A program made the position numbers and the translations under genes. Below the pieces are notes generated by a model. That model was not told where the DNA came from and did not search any database. It saw only the letters and a program-made list of their open reading frames with translations. A stretch of DNA of 64,000 nucleotides from the human T2T-CHM13v2.0 reference genome, Homo sapiens. The stretch is taken from the NCBI RefSeq assembly GCF_009914755.1, contig NC_060947.1. The stretch is one strand, 5' to 3'. How positions within the stretch are numbered: the stretch's first letter is position 1; the number at the start of each line of letters is the position of its first letter. Below are positions 45,156 to 58,568 of this stretch, one piece after another.

Positions 45156-45783
45156 TTCAACGGTAAATGGTTTATAAAACTTTCCCGATCGATTAAGTAT
45201 TGGTATGGAGTCAGAGAAGTGAGGGAAAACAGTTTTATCTACCATCTTTGAGATATCATGGTGAGATTTAAGGATACAGAGATTAAATATATTGTCCAGG
45301 TCTTTAAGAACCTCATAGACAGAGTTTATGTGTGACTCTAAAAAATAGATGAAGATAAGAAGATAAGTATTTAAATGAAAAAATTGAGGCGGCCAAGGGT
45401 TTGGGGAGCTTATGACTGTCTTTAACCCTATCGACACTAAGAGAATAGAAGTTGCTTACTAACTGGTCACTTAGCTGACTGAAACAGCTTCTCTCTTTGT
45501 AGGAAGTTTAAGTTCCACAATTACTCGGTGCCAAAAAATACTGTGTGCTATTCAAATTTCTGGAGGATGAAAAGCTACATAGGGCATATGGCAGAACGAT
45601 GTAAAGTGCAGAATATGCTTAGCTGAAGATTGTCCCAAAGCTCTTGGGAGATGTATATTTGGTGACAATCGCATTCACTTTATATTGTCAGCCCTTTGTT
45701 AGATCATCCTTACTCATCAGGGTCTGATCCTTGCTTTAATTGTACTTAGGGAATTATTTATCTCTATATCAATCTAAAATTGA

Positions 45784-46086
<303 letters not shown>

Positions 46087-46198
46087 AATTGATTTTGTCT
46101 TACACAATTTTCTCTTCTGGGCATCACTATCGTTCATCCTCATCTTCTTTTTCCTCTATGTTTAAAAATGAAAACTCTTCTGCAAAAGAGTTTATTAA

Positions 46199-46506
<308 letters not shown>

Positions 46507-46994
46507 TATTCTTTTTTGTTTTATATAAGAAGTGTAGCATATAATAATGTGTGGTGGTGTGGTAGAGATAAGAAGTGGTTTTTGAAAAGGAAAATGATCA
46601 CATATACATTATTCACTTGCTAGTTATGCTTACTGGGTATCTACTTGGCCAAACAATGAATCAAGTAACGAAAATGTAACTGTCATTCTAAAGAAGTTCA
46701 CAGTGTGTATGTTGTTTGTACATGTACAGAGTCATAGAGGTGAGAGAGATGGAGAAAAGTGATTTAATAAGTAAGTACACAAATAACAAATAACATGATT
46801 CATAATGTGAAGGGTGTTTATATCCACAATGGAAATGGAAATTGGTGAGTACCAATTTTTATTAGATGTTACCCACCATTGCATTACATGCAATTGTTCC
46901 ATCTTAACCATATCAGCTGCACTAAACATGGCTCATTACTGCTCACTAATAGGAATACAGATTTATATCAGCAATTTGGGCACATGGGCTTGTC

Positions 46995-47515
46995 TTTTTT
47001 AACTGTGGGAAAATATACAAAATATTTCAACCATTGTAAGTGTATACAGTTCAGTGGCATTAGATACATTCACATGGATATGTAAACATCACCACCATCT
47101 ATCTCCAAAACTCTTCATCTTTCTAAACTGAAACTCTATACCAATGACACAAGAACTGCTCATTTCCCCTACCCCTCCCTGGTCCCTGGCAACCATGCAA
47201 CTATTTGTCTAAGAATTTAACTACTCTAGGTGGAATATCTCCAAAGTTCATCCCTATTTTAGGATGTGACAGAATTTCATTCCTTTTTAAAGCAGAATAC
47301 TGTTCTGCTGTATGGATACACCACGTTTTGTTTCTCCATTCTTGGTCAGTGTACACAGTGTACATTTGTTTCTACCTTTTCTCTACAGTAAAATATGCTG
47401 CTATGAACTTGGGTGTACAAATATCTGTGTGAATACCTGTTTTCAATTATTTTGGGTATATACCCAGAAGTGGAATTATTGGATCATATAATAGTTCTTT
47501 GTTAAATTTTATTTT
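46995..47515 (-). mobile_element. L1MB-type 3' end
   Basis: aagtgtatacagttcagtggcatta...catctatctccaaaactc...gggtatatacccagaagtggaatt. Confidence 0.8.
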
Positions 47516-47529
47516 AAGAACTAGTCTTG

Positions 47530-47715
47530 TAGTTTAAAAATAAAGTTTTATTGGAATATAATCACACTCATTCATTTACATATTGTCTATGGTTGCTTTT
47601 GCAAAAAAAAAAAAAATGGCAGAGTTTAATAGTTGTGAGATAGACCATATGGCCCGCAAAGCCTATAATATTTACTATCTTGTTCCTTACAGAATAAGTT
47701 TGCTAACTTCTGTCT
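47530..47715. mobile_element. MER58-type MITE fragment
   Basis: aaataaagttttattggaa...gcagagtttaatagttgtgagatagaccatatggcccgcaaagcc. Confidence 0.7.
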
Positions 47716-48208
47716 TACAAAATTGCAGTAGCAATTCCTTGGTTTCACATGAAACATATGTCTTCAAACAGTTAAAAGACCTTTCATGTTGGGAAATAGA
47801 AACAGGATAATTTTATTCTCGGCCTACATATGAGAAAACAAGGAAAGTGCTGAATGCCACATGGAAGTTGCAATCTCAAAGGAAGTTAATCCAATATTAA
47901 TATCCAGACCTCATTGTTGCAGCTAAATCTATCTCATCACAAATCACAGAGTTATTTTACTTCTTTATATGCTATATAGAAAACTCAGATATACTTTCCC
48001 TATATCAATGCGATGTTTCATGCTTTCTTCTTTTATTGAAGATGGGGTGGGAATACTGCATCAAGTGAGAGACTTGAGTCTGGGAGAGGCTGAGTTGTAT
48101 AACTGTGAAATCATTTGTCCTCCAAAAGCTTGGATTTAAAATATAACAGATTCACGTACTATGCATGACTGAAAACATACTTGCCTGGAATGTTAAAGAT
48201 CAGGGTAA

Positions 48209-50985
48209 TTTTCTGTCTCGTTAATCTGATATTGACAGTGGAGTATAAAAGTCTCTCACTATTACTGTGTAGGAGTGTAAGTCTCTTTGTAGGTCTCTAG
48301 GAACTTGCTTTACGAATCTGGGTGCTCCTGTATTGGGTGCATATATATTTAGAATAGTTAGTTCTTCTTGTTGCGTTGCTCCCTTTACCATTATGTAATG
48401 TAATACCCTTCTTTGTCTTTCTTGATCTTTGTTGGTTTAAAGTCTGTTTTATCAGAGACTAGGATTGTAACCCCTGTTTTTTTTTTAATTTTTTTTAATT
48501 TTTTATTTTTTTGCTTTCCATTTGCTTGGAAAATATTCCGCCATCCCTTTGCTTTGAGCCTATGTGTGTGTTTGCATGCGAGATGGGTCTCCTGAATACA
48601 CCACACTGATGGTCCTGACTCTTTATCCAATTTGCCAGTCTGTGTCTTTTAATTGGGGCATTTAGCCCATTTACATTTAAAGTTAATATTGTCATGTGTG
48701 AATGTGATCCTGTAATTATGATGTTGGTTAGTTATTTTGCCTGTTAGTTGAGGCAGTTTCTTCATAGGGTCGATGGTCTTTACAATTTGGTATGTTTCTC
48801 TCAGTGGCTGGTACCGGTTTTTCCTTTCCATGTTTAGTGATTCCTTCAGGAGCTCTTGTAAGCCAGGCCTGGTGGTGACAAAATCACTCAGCATTTGCTT
48901 GTCTGTAAAGGATTTTATTTCTCCTTTGCTTATGAAACTTAGTTTGGCTGGATATGAAATTCTGGGTTGAAAATTCCCTTATTGAAGAGTGTTGAATATT
49001 GGCCCCCACTCTCTTCTAGCTTGTAGGGTTTCTGCAGAGTGATCCACTGTTAGTCTGATGGGCTTCCCTTTGTGGGTAACCCAGCCTTTCTCTCTGGCTG
49101 CCCCTAACATTACGAGCAACTTCAGCCAAGTCTCAGAATACAAAATCAAAGTGAAAAGATCACAAGCATTCCTATACACCAAGAATAGACAAACAGAGAG
49201 CCAAATCGTGGGTGAACTCCTATTCACAATTGCTACAAAGAGAATAAAGTGCCTAGGAATACAACTTACAAGGGATGTGAAGGACCTCTTCAAGGAGAAC
49301 TACAAACCACTGTTCAAGAAAATACGAAAGGACGCAAACAAATGGAAAAAACATTTCATGCTCGTGGTTAGGAAGAATCAGTGGAGTGAAAATGGCCATA
49401 CTGTCCAAATTAATTTACAGATTCAATGCTATCCCCAACAGGCTACCACTGACTTTCTTTACAGAATTAGGAAAAATTACTTTACATTTCAGATGGAACC
49501 AAAAAAGAGCTTGTATAGCCAAGACAATCCTAAGTAAAATGAACAAAGCTGGAGGCATCATGCTACCTGACTTCAAACGATACTACAAGGCTACAGTAAG
49601 CAAAACAGACTGGTACTGGTAGCAAAACAGATATATAGACCAATGGAACAGAACAGAGGCCAGAAAAATAATGCCACACATCTACAACCATCTGATCTTT
49701 GACAAACCTGACAAAAACAAGCAACGGGGAAAGGATTCCCTATTTAATAAATGGTGTTGGGAAAACTGGCTAGTCATATGCAGAAAACGGAAACTGGACC
49801 CCTTCCTTACCCCTTATACAAAAATCAACTCAAGATGCATTAAAGACTTAAACCTAAAACCGAAAACCATCAAAACCCTAGAAGAAAACCTAGGCAATAC
49901 CATTCAGGACACAAGTACGGGGAAAGACTGCATGACTAAAACACCAAAAGCAACAGCAACAAAAGCCAAAATTGACAAATGGGATCTAATGAAACTAAAG
50001 AGCTTCTACACTGCAAAAGAAACTATCATGAGAGTGAACAGGCAAACTACAGATTGGGAGAAAATTTTTGCAATCTATACATCTGACAAAGGGCTAATAC
50101 CCGGAATCTATAAGGAACTTAAACAAATTTACAAGAAAAAAAAAAAACCCATCAGAAAGTGGGCTAAGGATATGAACAGACACTTCTCAAAACAAGACAT
50201 TTATGCAGCCAGCAAACATATCAAAAAAAGCTCATTATCACTGGTCATTAGAGGAATGCAAATCAAAACCACAGTGAGATACCATCTCACACCAGTTAGA
50301 ATGGCGAACATTCAAAAGTCAGGCAACAACAGATGCTGGAGAGGATGTGGAGAAAAAGGAACGCTTTTACACTGTTGGTGGGACTGTAAACTAGTTCAAC
50401 CATTGTGGAAGACAGTGTGGCGATTCCTCAAGGATACAGAACCAGAAATACCATTTGACCCAGCAATCCCATTACTGCATATATACCCAAAGTATTATAA
50501 ATCATTCTCCTATAAAGACACATGCACACGTATGTTTATTGCAGCACTATTTACAATAGCAAAGACTTGGAACCAACCCAAATGCCCATCAATGATAGAC
50601 TGGATAAAGAAAATTGGCACATATACACCATGGAATACTATGCAGCCATAAAAAAGAATGAGTTCATGTCCTTTGCAGGGACATGGATGAAGCTGGAAAC
50701 CATCATTCTCAGCAAACTAACACAGGAACAGAAAACCAAACACCACATATTCTCACCCATAAGTGGGAGTTGAACGATGAGAACACATAGACACAGGGCG
50801 GGGAACATCACACACCGGGGCCTCTCAGGGGATGGGGGGTTAGGGGAGGGATAGCATTAGGAGAAATACCTAATGTAGATGATGGGTTGATGTGTGCAGC
50901 AAACCACCATGGAACGTGTACACCTATGCAACAAACCTGCCCGTTCTGCACGTGTGTCCCAGAACTTAAAGTATAATAATGAAAA
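48209..50985 (+). mobile_element. 5'-inverted (twin-primed) L1PA7-like element
   Basis: A minus-strand ORF1-end/EN segment (48209 to about 49111) is fused to a plus-strand ORF2 3' part, UTR and A-tail (about 49113-50985). Exact 14-bp TSD AAAGATCAGGGTAA at 48195-48208 and 50986-50999, preceded by TT. ORF2 carries frameshifts and stops. Confidence 0.93.
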
Positions 50986-53900
50986 AAAGATCAGGGTAAA
51001 ATATATTTTGTCATTGTTTTGAACATAGCCATAGGTAGGATCATAAAATAGCACAACTTAAATAGAAAAATAAATGATTCAGAATCAGGTCTCAGGTACA
51101 AACAGCCAAAATAATTCAATGAAATTATTTCTCTATACTACAAATTGTGGACTCACATGGCATCATATCTGATATAAATAATAGTTTATTTTAAATGAAT
51201 ATAGACAGGAGTGGCTGGAAACTAAAAGCATGTATTTCTTCTCCATAAGATGAAAGAGGATTTAGGATACACTTAAGATAACATACTAAATCTTGTTTTG
51301 CCAGTGTAGCTTCTGCTTGGCATTTAAATATCTGTTACTTAATAGAAACATTCAATTTTGGACCCTAAAATATCACACAATATTATTCATTAAAATTATA
51401 CCTACTCAAATCTGTCTAGCCATATCATATAGCGACTGATATTTTTAGATCAAACCCACAAGTGTGAAATATTTTTCATTTTAAAGACTCTTTTACATTT
51501 AATATGTATTCATGCTAACTTTTTAAATTTAAAGCACCTTCTATGAAATGTATTTTAATACAAATACCCTATATTGTATAATTTACTTCAACGTTGTAAA
51601 TTTTCCACGACGATGTGTATCATTCACAAATAATATGAAATATAAAAATTCACTTAAACATATATAAAATTATTGGTATATTTACTTTGTACTAAATGTA
51701 ATGGGATTTGATATTATTAAATTTATATTCATGATGAATATAAGTAAACATTGAGTAAGAAATGTTTTAAGAAATTTGCTATCTGCATGAATGACTATTC
51801 AATACATTTTTATTGAACATCCATCGAGTTCGTTGCGATGAATACAGTTTTAGAAAAAATACTAATACTCTGGCTTCGAAGACTGCTATGTATTGAAGGT
51901 CTACAATGCTTTGAATGCTGTAGGAAGACAAGATAAATTAGGACTTTTGATCACCGTCCCATAAAAGCTTATAATTTGTCTAATAAGGAATAGCCAACAA
52001 TTATTACAATAGGAGACAGTAAAAATAAGTAGAATGCAATGTTCCAGATGTTCAGAGGAGTTGGAGATCATCTCCTTATGGGTTGGTCAAGAGAGCCTTA
52101 ATGGAAAATGTAGCATCTGAGCAGGGCATGGAAGGATCATTTAGTGGATATTCCTCTGTCCCAAAATTTTTTGTCTGTCCAATATCCCTTCTGTGGTGAA
52201 GAAAATTAGTACTCTTTGGATATCTTGGTATTGATTTCATTATGTTTCTCATGTTCCCTTGAGGTTTCGTGAGTGCAATTGTGATTGAATCCTGGAAAGT
52301 GGGAAAGTGTAGGAAGTGATGCATCACTTCTTGCCTGAGGTACTTGATAGTTAGTGTCAATTTCTCAGCTCTCCTTTGTCAATACCTCTGAAGTTTCAAT
52401 GTTGACATGGCAGAGCCACAAGATGAAAGCAATTTAGGTCCCTGAGTCACTGTGAAGGAATGCTACCTGATTTATATCAGACTTTATATGAGCAATAAAT
52501 AAGCATTCATTAGGCCACTTTGATTTCAGGGTTAGTTTTTTTGTGGCATCTAACATTAATTGTTCTGAATAAGTATCTCCACTCTTTGGTGAATGGTACC
52601 CTGCTTTTCCTTGGATGAAATTACTCTTCCCTCATTCTGCATGATCTTAGGGGGACCTATAATCATAGTGCTCTGTAAACTCTATAAACTGGTGGGACAA
52701 GTTCCTAATTTATGCCAATTACATTTAGAAATTTGAATCTAGAATTGAGAAAGGTAGAGTCAGTACAATTTGAAGCTGAAGCATTTTAATGACAGCATCC
52801 AAAAAGTAACTTCCCTGGAGTTCCTGACTCTCAGTGCTGCCCTCCCTCTGCCACAGTTGCCTTCTTTTCCTTCATTTCCAAGAACTATACATTATCCCTC
52901 CAGTAAGTTTCATTTCACTTCAGTTAAATGGAGATGGCTTCTGCTTCTTCGAATCAAAGCTTCCTAATGTTTACAGGTGGTGAGGACTTTTATATATAAA
53001 ATTACACTCCAAAGAAGTATGGAATAAGGGTATTTTAGAGAAAATAAGTACATTTTGCTGTAGAGTTGCATAGAGATACAAGTGACAGAAGCTAAGTTAG
53101 GGTTTATAAGTGCCAGACTATGAATTCTGGATGTTAGCCTCTGGCCTAGGAGGTTAGAAAATCAAATGTCTTCAGGGGACACGTGGGACACATAAAATTG
53201 TAAAGCCTTAGAAAGTATAGCAATAAGTGCTAAACTGATGGTGTTGATCAGTCCAGTCTCTGCCCGGTTTCATTGCCTTTTAATGTTCCTTGCAGGTCAA
53301 ACAAAGCAGCCAAGCAAAACATATCCTTCAGCTCTCTTTTCTCCTGGGGCTACCCGTTTGAAATCAAAGCTATCAACAGAGAAACACTGAAGGTTCCTGT
53401 GCTGGGAAATGTGAAGCAGGAGTGCTGCTTCAGAAAGGTTAACTCTTTCAAAAGAAACAGTGATTTGGGTGGAGAGAGATCTCTTACAAGGTATCTACTG
53501 ACTTGCGATTGATGTCCAGGAGAATGAAAAGGGAGGGCATGAAAACATAAAAAGTGTACAGAATCCAGTAAATGGCAAAATATTCAATTAAAGTGCAGGG
53601 AGGTATAAAGAAAGGACAACACATGTTTTAATCTGAGGACATTATAAGAAATAATGGTGGTATGTTCTTGGAATTGAGAAGCCTAACTAAGTCACAGGTT
53701 ATAGGAATCAAAGTGGTGGTGCTATTGACTTGGTAAATTTAAGAGAACTTTATAAAATTTGTGAATTCGTTATTTCTTTATCTTAAATGCAATAGCACTA
53801 ATGCCTCAAAAGAACAACCTACAAATGTCTACCCACAGAAGTTATACAGGCTATTTTGTTTCAATGAATGGCTGGCCCGAGAAAATGGTTGCACTCAAGA

Positions 53901-54389
53901 GAGAATGTTTGCGACTGTTTTTGGAAATTCTTCTGTGGGTTGGGTAATAATACACTCAAGAGACATGTTTGTGATTTTTCTGGGAAATTTTTTCGTGGAG
54001 TGGGTAATAAATAGAGCAGAATATTAGGTGAGAAATACTGAATTTCAGGACTAGTTATTTTAAACTGTTGTAAATTATAATATTAAATTATAAAATTTAA
54101 ACATTGTGAATATGTTCTTTTTCTGTACTCAGGTATTAAATCAAATATTTTTGGGTAATTAGTGGAAGGTGAGCTTATAAAAAGATTGATAGCAAATAAA
54201 ACAGTAACTGCCTCAACTCCAGGGTTACTTGATACCTAAGGGCTAATCCAAACATGATAGTATCTTTAAATACATAATGTAGACCCATAAACTAGTATCG
54301 GAATCAAATTACAATGTTTTTATTGACTTTCTTAATGTGTGTAATCACACGGAGATCATATTATTCACAAAATGAAAGTTAGTAGTTTG

Positions 54390-54695
54390 TGAGTGAAAGA
54401 AGGCAGACCAGAAATAAGGTACATACTTCATGATTCTACTTTTATAAAATTCTATAAAACGCAAACTTATCTATAATGCCAGTCAGCATCAGTGGTAACC
54501 TGGGAATCAAGGGAGGGGCAGGAGAGAGTGATTACCGAAAACAGACTTGTGAGGATATTGGATATGTTTATTATCTTGACTGTGCTAATAGTTTCACTGG
54601 TATTTGCATATGTCAAAACTTATCAAATTGTACTATTTAAATGTGTAGCTTATTGTATATCATTTATACCACAATGAAATTGTTTCCAAAAAGGA
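54390..54695 (+). mobile_element. L1ME-type 3' end
   Basis: gagtgaaagaaggcagacc...gcaaacttatctata...gtcaaaacttatcaaattgtac. Confidence 0.7.
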
Positions 54696-54785
54696 CTAGC
54701 TTGGCCAATACACTACCTAAATGCATTACTAGGTATACAAGTTTTACTTAAAAACAATATATGTCTCAATAAGTATAAAGATTAC

Positions 54786-55212
54786 CGTAGCGAACACTGT
54801 GGTGTGCCACCGAGATTCACCAATTACAAATGAAGCATTCATTCTCCCAGTTGCTGGGATTGTTATCTACTAACAGATCATACCTAAGCTCTTCCAAGAA
54901 ATTTCTCTCAGCAGACAGGCACTTCTTTGACCAAGATGATATTGCCCGGAAGCTGGTAGTTGGGAGGCTCACATCTAATGACTAATGGATTAGGGATACA
55001 ATGGTCCACCTTCCTTGCTTCATACGGTAATACTCTAAATGGTCATCCCAACCCCACATGGGACCAGATAAGATCTTCCATTTCACTGCATCATCATTCA
55101 ACTCCTCTCTCTCCTCAATCCTGCTGCCTTTACTCCCTCCCAGGCATTTTTCTTAAAAGCACTCACTAAGAAACCATCTGCATGGAAATCTCTGTCTTAG
55201 AGTCTATTTCTT
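54786..55212 (+). mobile_element. ERVL LTR16-like solo LTR
   Basis: gtagcgaacactgtggtgtgccacc...ctctgtcttagagtctatttc...aatccaatctaaga. Confidence 0.6.
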
Positions 55213-56182
55213 AGAAAATCCAATCTAAGATAACAACCTAATATGTTGAGAAGTTAAAATGTAGAAAACAGAAATACATATCTGAAGTAATCATTTAAAT
55301 AACATTATGAAAATGTATATCAGTATTTATAAATAGCCATTATATACAATGATACAATTTTGTTTATCATTTCTTCAACTTACTGCTAGATTTCAGGGAA
55401 AAATACAGGATACAAGTACTTAAAGAAAGCTCAAGAAGGAGATATGGCTGATTGCATAATAGAATATTTTGCAGACTGTCAACTATTGAGGACGCTGGCA
55501 TGTTTGGAAGAATAACTGTTATTAAATTTTAGAACATAAAGGTACAACATATTGTTATCAATCTTAATAAATCCATTCAGCATTTCAGAATAACATGAAA
55601 ATATGCCAACAGAAATTCCATTTTACTATTGTTACTATCAAGAACTTGGCAAAATTTGGTTTTTTACTTTGTGAATGTATTAAATGATACAGGTAACATA
55701 TATGGAATTAACTATATGCTAACTGTAGCAGGTTTCACTTTTCAATAAACGAAATAGCCGTGATAATTCTGTCTTTAGGATGAAGAGAGAGCATTTTCCA
55801 TGAAAATCTGAATTGATTTTCACTATCTAAAGACATGAAACACATATGCTAGCTCTGGACGACAAAAGAAGATGAAAATGTCCTCTATAGGAAGGCCATC
55901 CAGGATGTTGAATGGTAAGAGACAACTTCCATCTAATTATAGACACATTAAAACATGGTCCGTTAACTACAACCCTTATCCTTTCCCTTTCTACCAACCC
56001 TCATTTATCCCTCAGCCATTGATTTTAAAAAATATTTTATATATTTGACACCCAAAGGAAAAAATGTAAATGAAACTCACTTCCAAGAGACTACTGCTCT
56101 CAGCAAACCAAAAAGAGAATAAAAAACAAATGTCTACAAATTTCTTCAATGTAGAAAAACAATTCATAGATCTTAAAGGCAG

Positions 56183-58568
56183 TGATAGGGTTTGGCTGTG
56201 TCCCCACCCAAATCCCGTCTTGAATTGCAGTTCCCATAATCCCCAGATGTCATGGGAGGGATCCAGTGGGAGGTAACTGAATCATGGGGGGTGGTCACTC
56301 CCGTGCTGCTGTTCTTATGATAGTGAGCTCTCATGAGAGCTGATGGTTTCATAAGGGGCTTTTCCTCCTTTGCTCGGCACTTCTCCTTCTTGCCATCATG
56401 TGACAAAGGATGTGTTTGCTTCTGCTTCCACAGTGATTGTAAGTTTCCTGAGGCCTCCCCAGCCATGCAAAACAGTGAGTCAATTAAACCTCGTTCCTTT
56501 ATAAATTACCCAGTCTCAGGTAGTTCTTTATAGCAGCATGAGAACAGACTAATACAGTAAATTGGTACCACAGAGAGTGGGATACTGCTATAAAGAAACC
56601 CAAAAATGTGGAAGCAACTTTGGAACTGGGTAACAGGCAGAGGTTGAAACAGTTGGGAGGACTCAGAAGAAGACAGGAAAGTATGGGAAACTCTGGAACT
56701 TCCTAGAGAATTGGAGGGGTCAGAAGACAGGAAGATGTGGGAAAGTTTGGAACTTCCTAGAGACTTGTTGAATGGCTTTGACCCAAATGCTGATAGTGAT
56801 ATGGACAATAAAGTCCAGACTGAGGTGGTCTCAGAGGGAGATGAGAAACTTCTTGGTAACTGTAGTAAAGGTCACTTTTGCTACGCTTTAGCAAAGAGAC
56901 TGGTGGCTTTTTGCCCCTGTCCGAGAGATCTGTGGAATTTTGAACATGAGAGAGATGATTTAGGGCATCTGGTGGAAGGAATTTCTAAACAGCAAAGTGT
57001 TCAAGATTTGACTTGGGTGCTGTTAAAAGCATTCAGTTTTATGTATCCACAAAGATATGGTTTGGAATTGGAAATTATGTTTAAAAGGGAAGCAGAGCAT
57101 AAAAGTTCAGAAAATTTGCAGCCTGAAGATGCAATAGAAAAGAAAAACTCATTTTCTGAGGAGAAATTCAATCTGACTACAGAAATTTGCATATGTAACG
57201 AGGAGCCAAATGTTAATCACCAAGGCAATGGGAAAATTGTCTCCAGGAAATGCCAGAAGTTTTCATGGCAGCCCCTCCCATCATAGGACCAGAGGCCTAG
57301 GAAGACAAAATGGTTTCCTGGGCCGGGCCCAGAGCCCCCCTGCTATGTGCAGCCTAGGGACTAGGTGCCCTGCATCCCAGCCACTCCAGCCATGGCTAAA
57401 AGGAGCCAAGATAGAGCTCAGCCCATGGCTACAGAGGGTGCAAGCCCCAAGATTTGGCAGCTTCCATGTGGTGTTGAGCCTGTGGGTACACAGAAGTCAA
57501 GAACTGAGCTTTGGGAACTTCTACCTAGATTTCAGAGGATATATGGAAATGTCTAGATATCCAGGCAGAAGTTTGCTGCAGAGATGGGGCCCTCAGAGAG
57601 AACCTCTACTAGGTCAGTGCAGAAGAGAAATGTGGGGTTGGAGCCCCCACATAGAGTCCCCACTGGGGCACTGCCTAGTAGAGCTGTGAGAAGAGGGCTT
57701 GATCCACTGTGTGCATGGAACAGCCACAGACACTCAATGCTAGCCTGTGAAAGCAGCCAGGAAGGGGGCTGTACCTTGCAACGCCAAAGGAGTGGAGCTA
57801 CCCAAGGCTGTGGGAGCCCACCTTGCATCAGCGTGACCTGGATGTGAGACACAGAGTCAAAGGAGATTATCTTGGAGCTTTAAGATTTAATTACTGCCTC
57901 ATTGGATTTGACATGCATGGAGCCTGGAGCCCCTTTGTTTGGGCCAATTTCTCCCATCTGGAATGGGTGTATTTAACCAATGCTGGTACCTCCATTGTAC
58001 CTAGAAAGTAACTAACTTGCTTTTGATTTTATGGCTCCTAGGCAGAAGTGACTTGCCTTGTCTCAGATGAGACTTTGGACTTGGACTCCTGGGTTAATGC
58101 TAGAGTGAGTTAAGACTTTGAGTGACTGTTGGGAAGGCATTATTGTGTTTTGAAATGTGAAGACGTGCCATTTGGGAGGGGCCAGGGATGAAATGATATG
58201 GTTTGGCTATGTCCCCACCCAAATCTCATTCTGAATTGTAGTTCCTGTAATCCCCATGTGTCATGTGAGGGACCCAGTTGGAGGTAATTGAATTACAGGG
58301 GCGGTTATCCCCATGGTGCTGTTCTTGTGATAGTGAGTTCTCATGAGATCCAATGGTTTTATAAGGGGCTTTTCCCCCTTTGCTCAGCACTTCTCCTTTC
58401 TGCCACCATATGAAGAAGGATGTGATTGCTTCCCCTTCTGGCATGGTTGTAAGTTTTCCCTGAGGCCTCCCCAGCCATGTGGAACTGTGAGTCAATTAAA
58501 CCTCTGTCCTTTATAAATTATTCAGTCTTGGGCAGTTCTTTAGAGCAGCATGAGAACAGACTAATACA
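56183..58568 (+). mobile_element. Complete THE1 (D-like) MaLR element: LTR 56183-56556, internal region 56557-58193, LTR 58194-58568
   Basis: Two similar TG...CA LTRs. The internal region starts GTAAATTGGTACC and has a purine tract before the 3' LTR. A residual internal ORF lies at 56711-57286. Confidence 0.95.

Noticed and set aside
44587-45437. ORFs of 166-240 aa rich in I/Y/F
   Set aside because: They are translations of the AT microsatellite, which lacks stop codons on that strand.
49671-50651. 326-aa ORF
   Set aside because: A fragment of a disrupted L1 ORF2, flanked by stops and frameshifts and lacking the RT active site.
56711-57689. 191-aa and 159-aa ORFs
   Set aside because: Decayed THE1 internal sequence with no evidence of a host gene.
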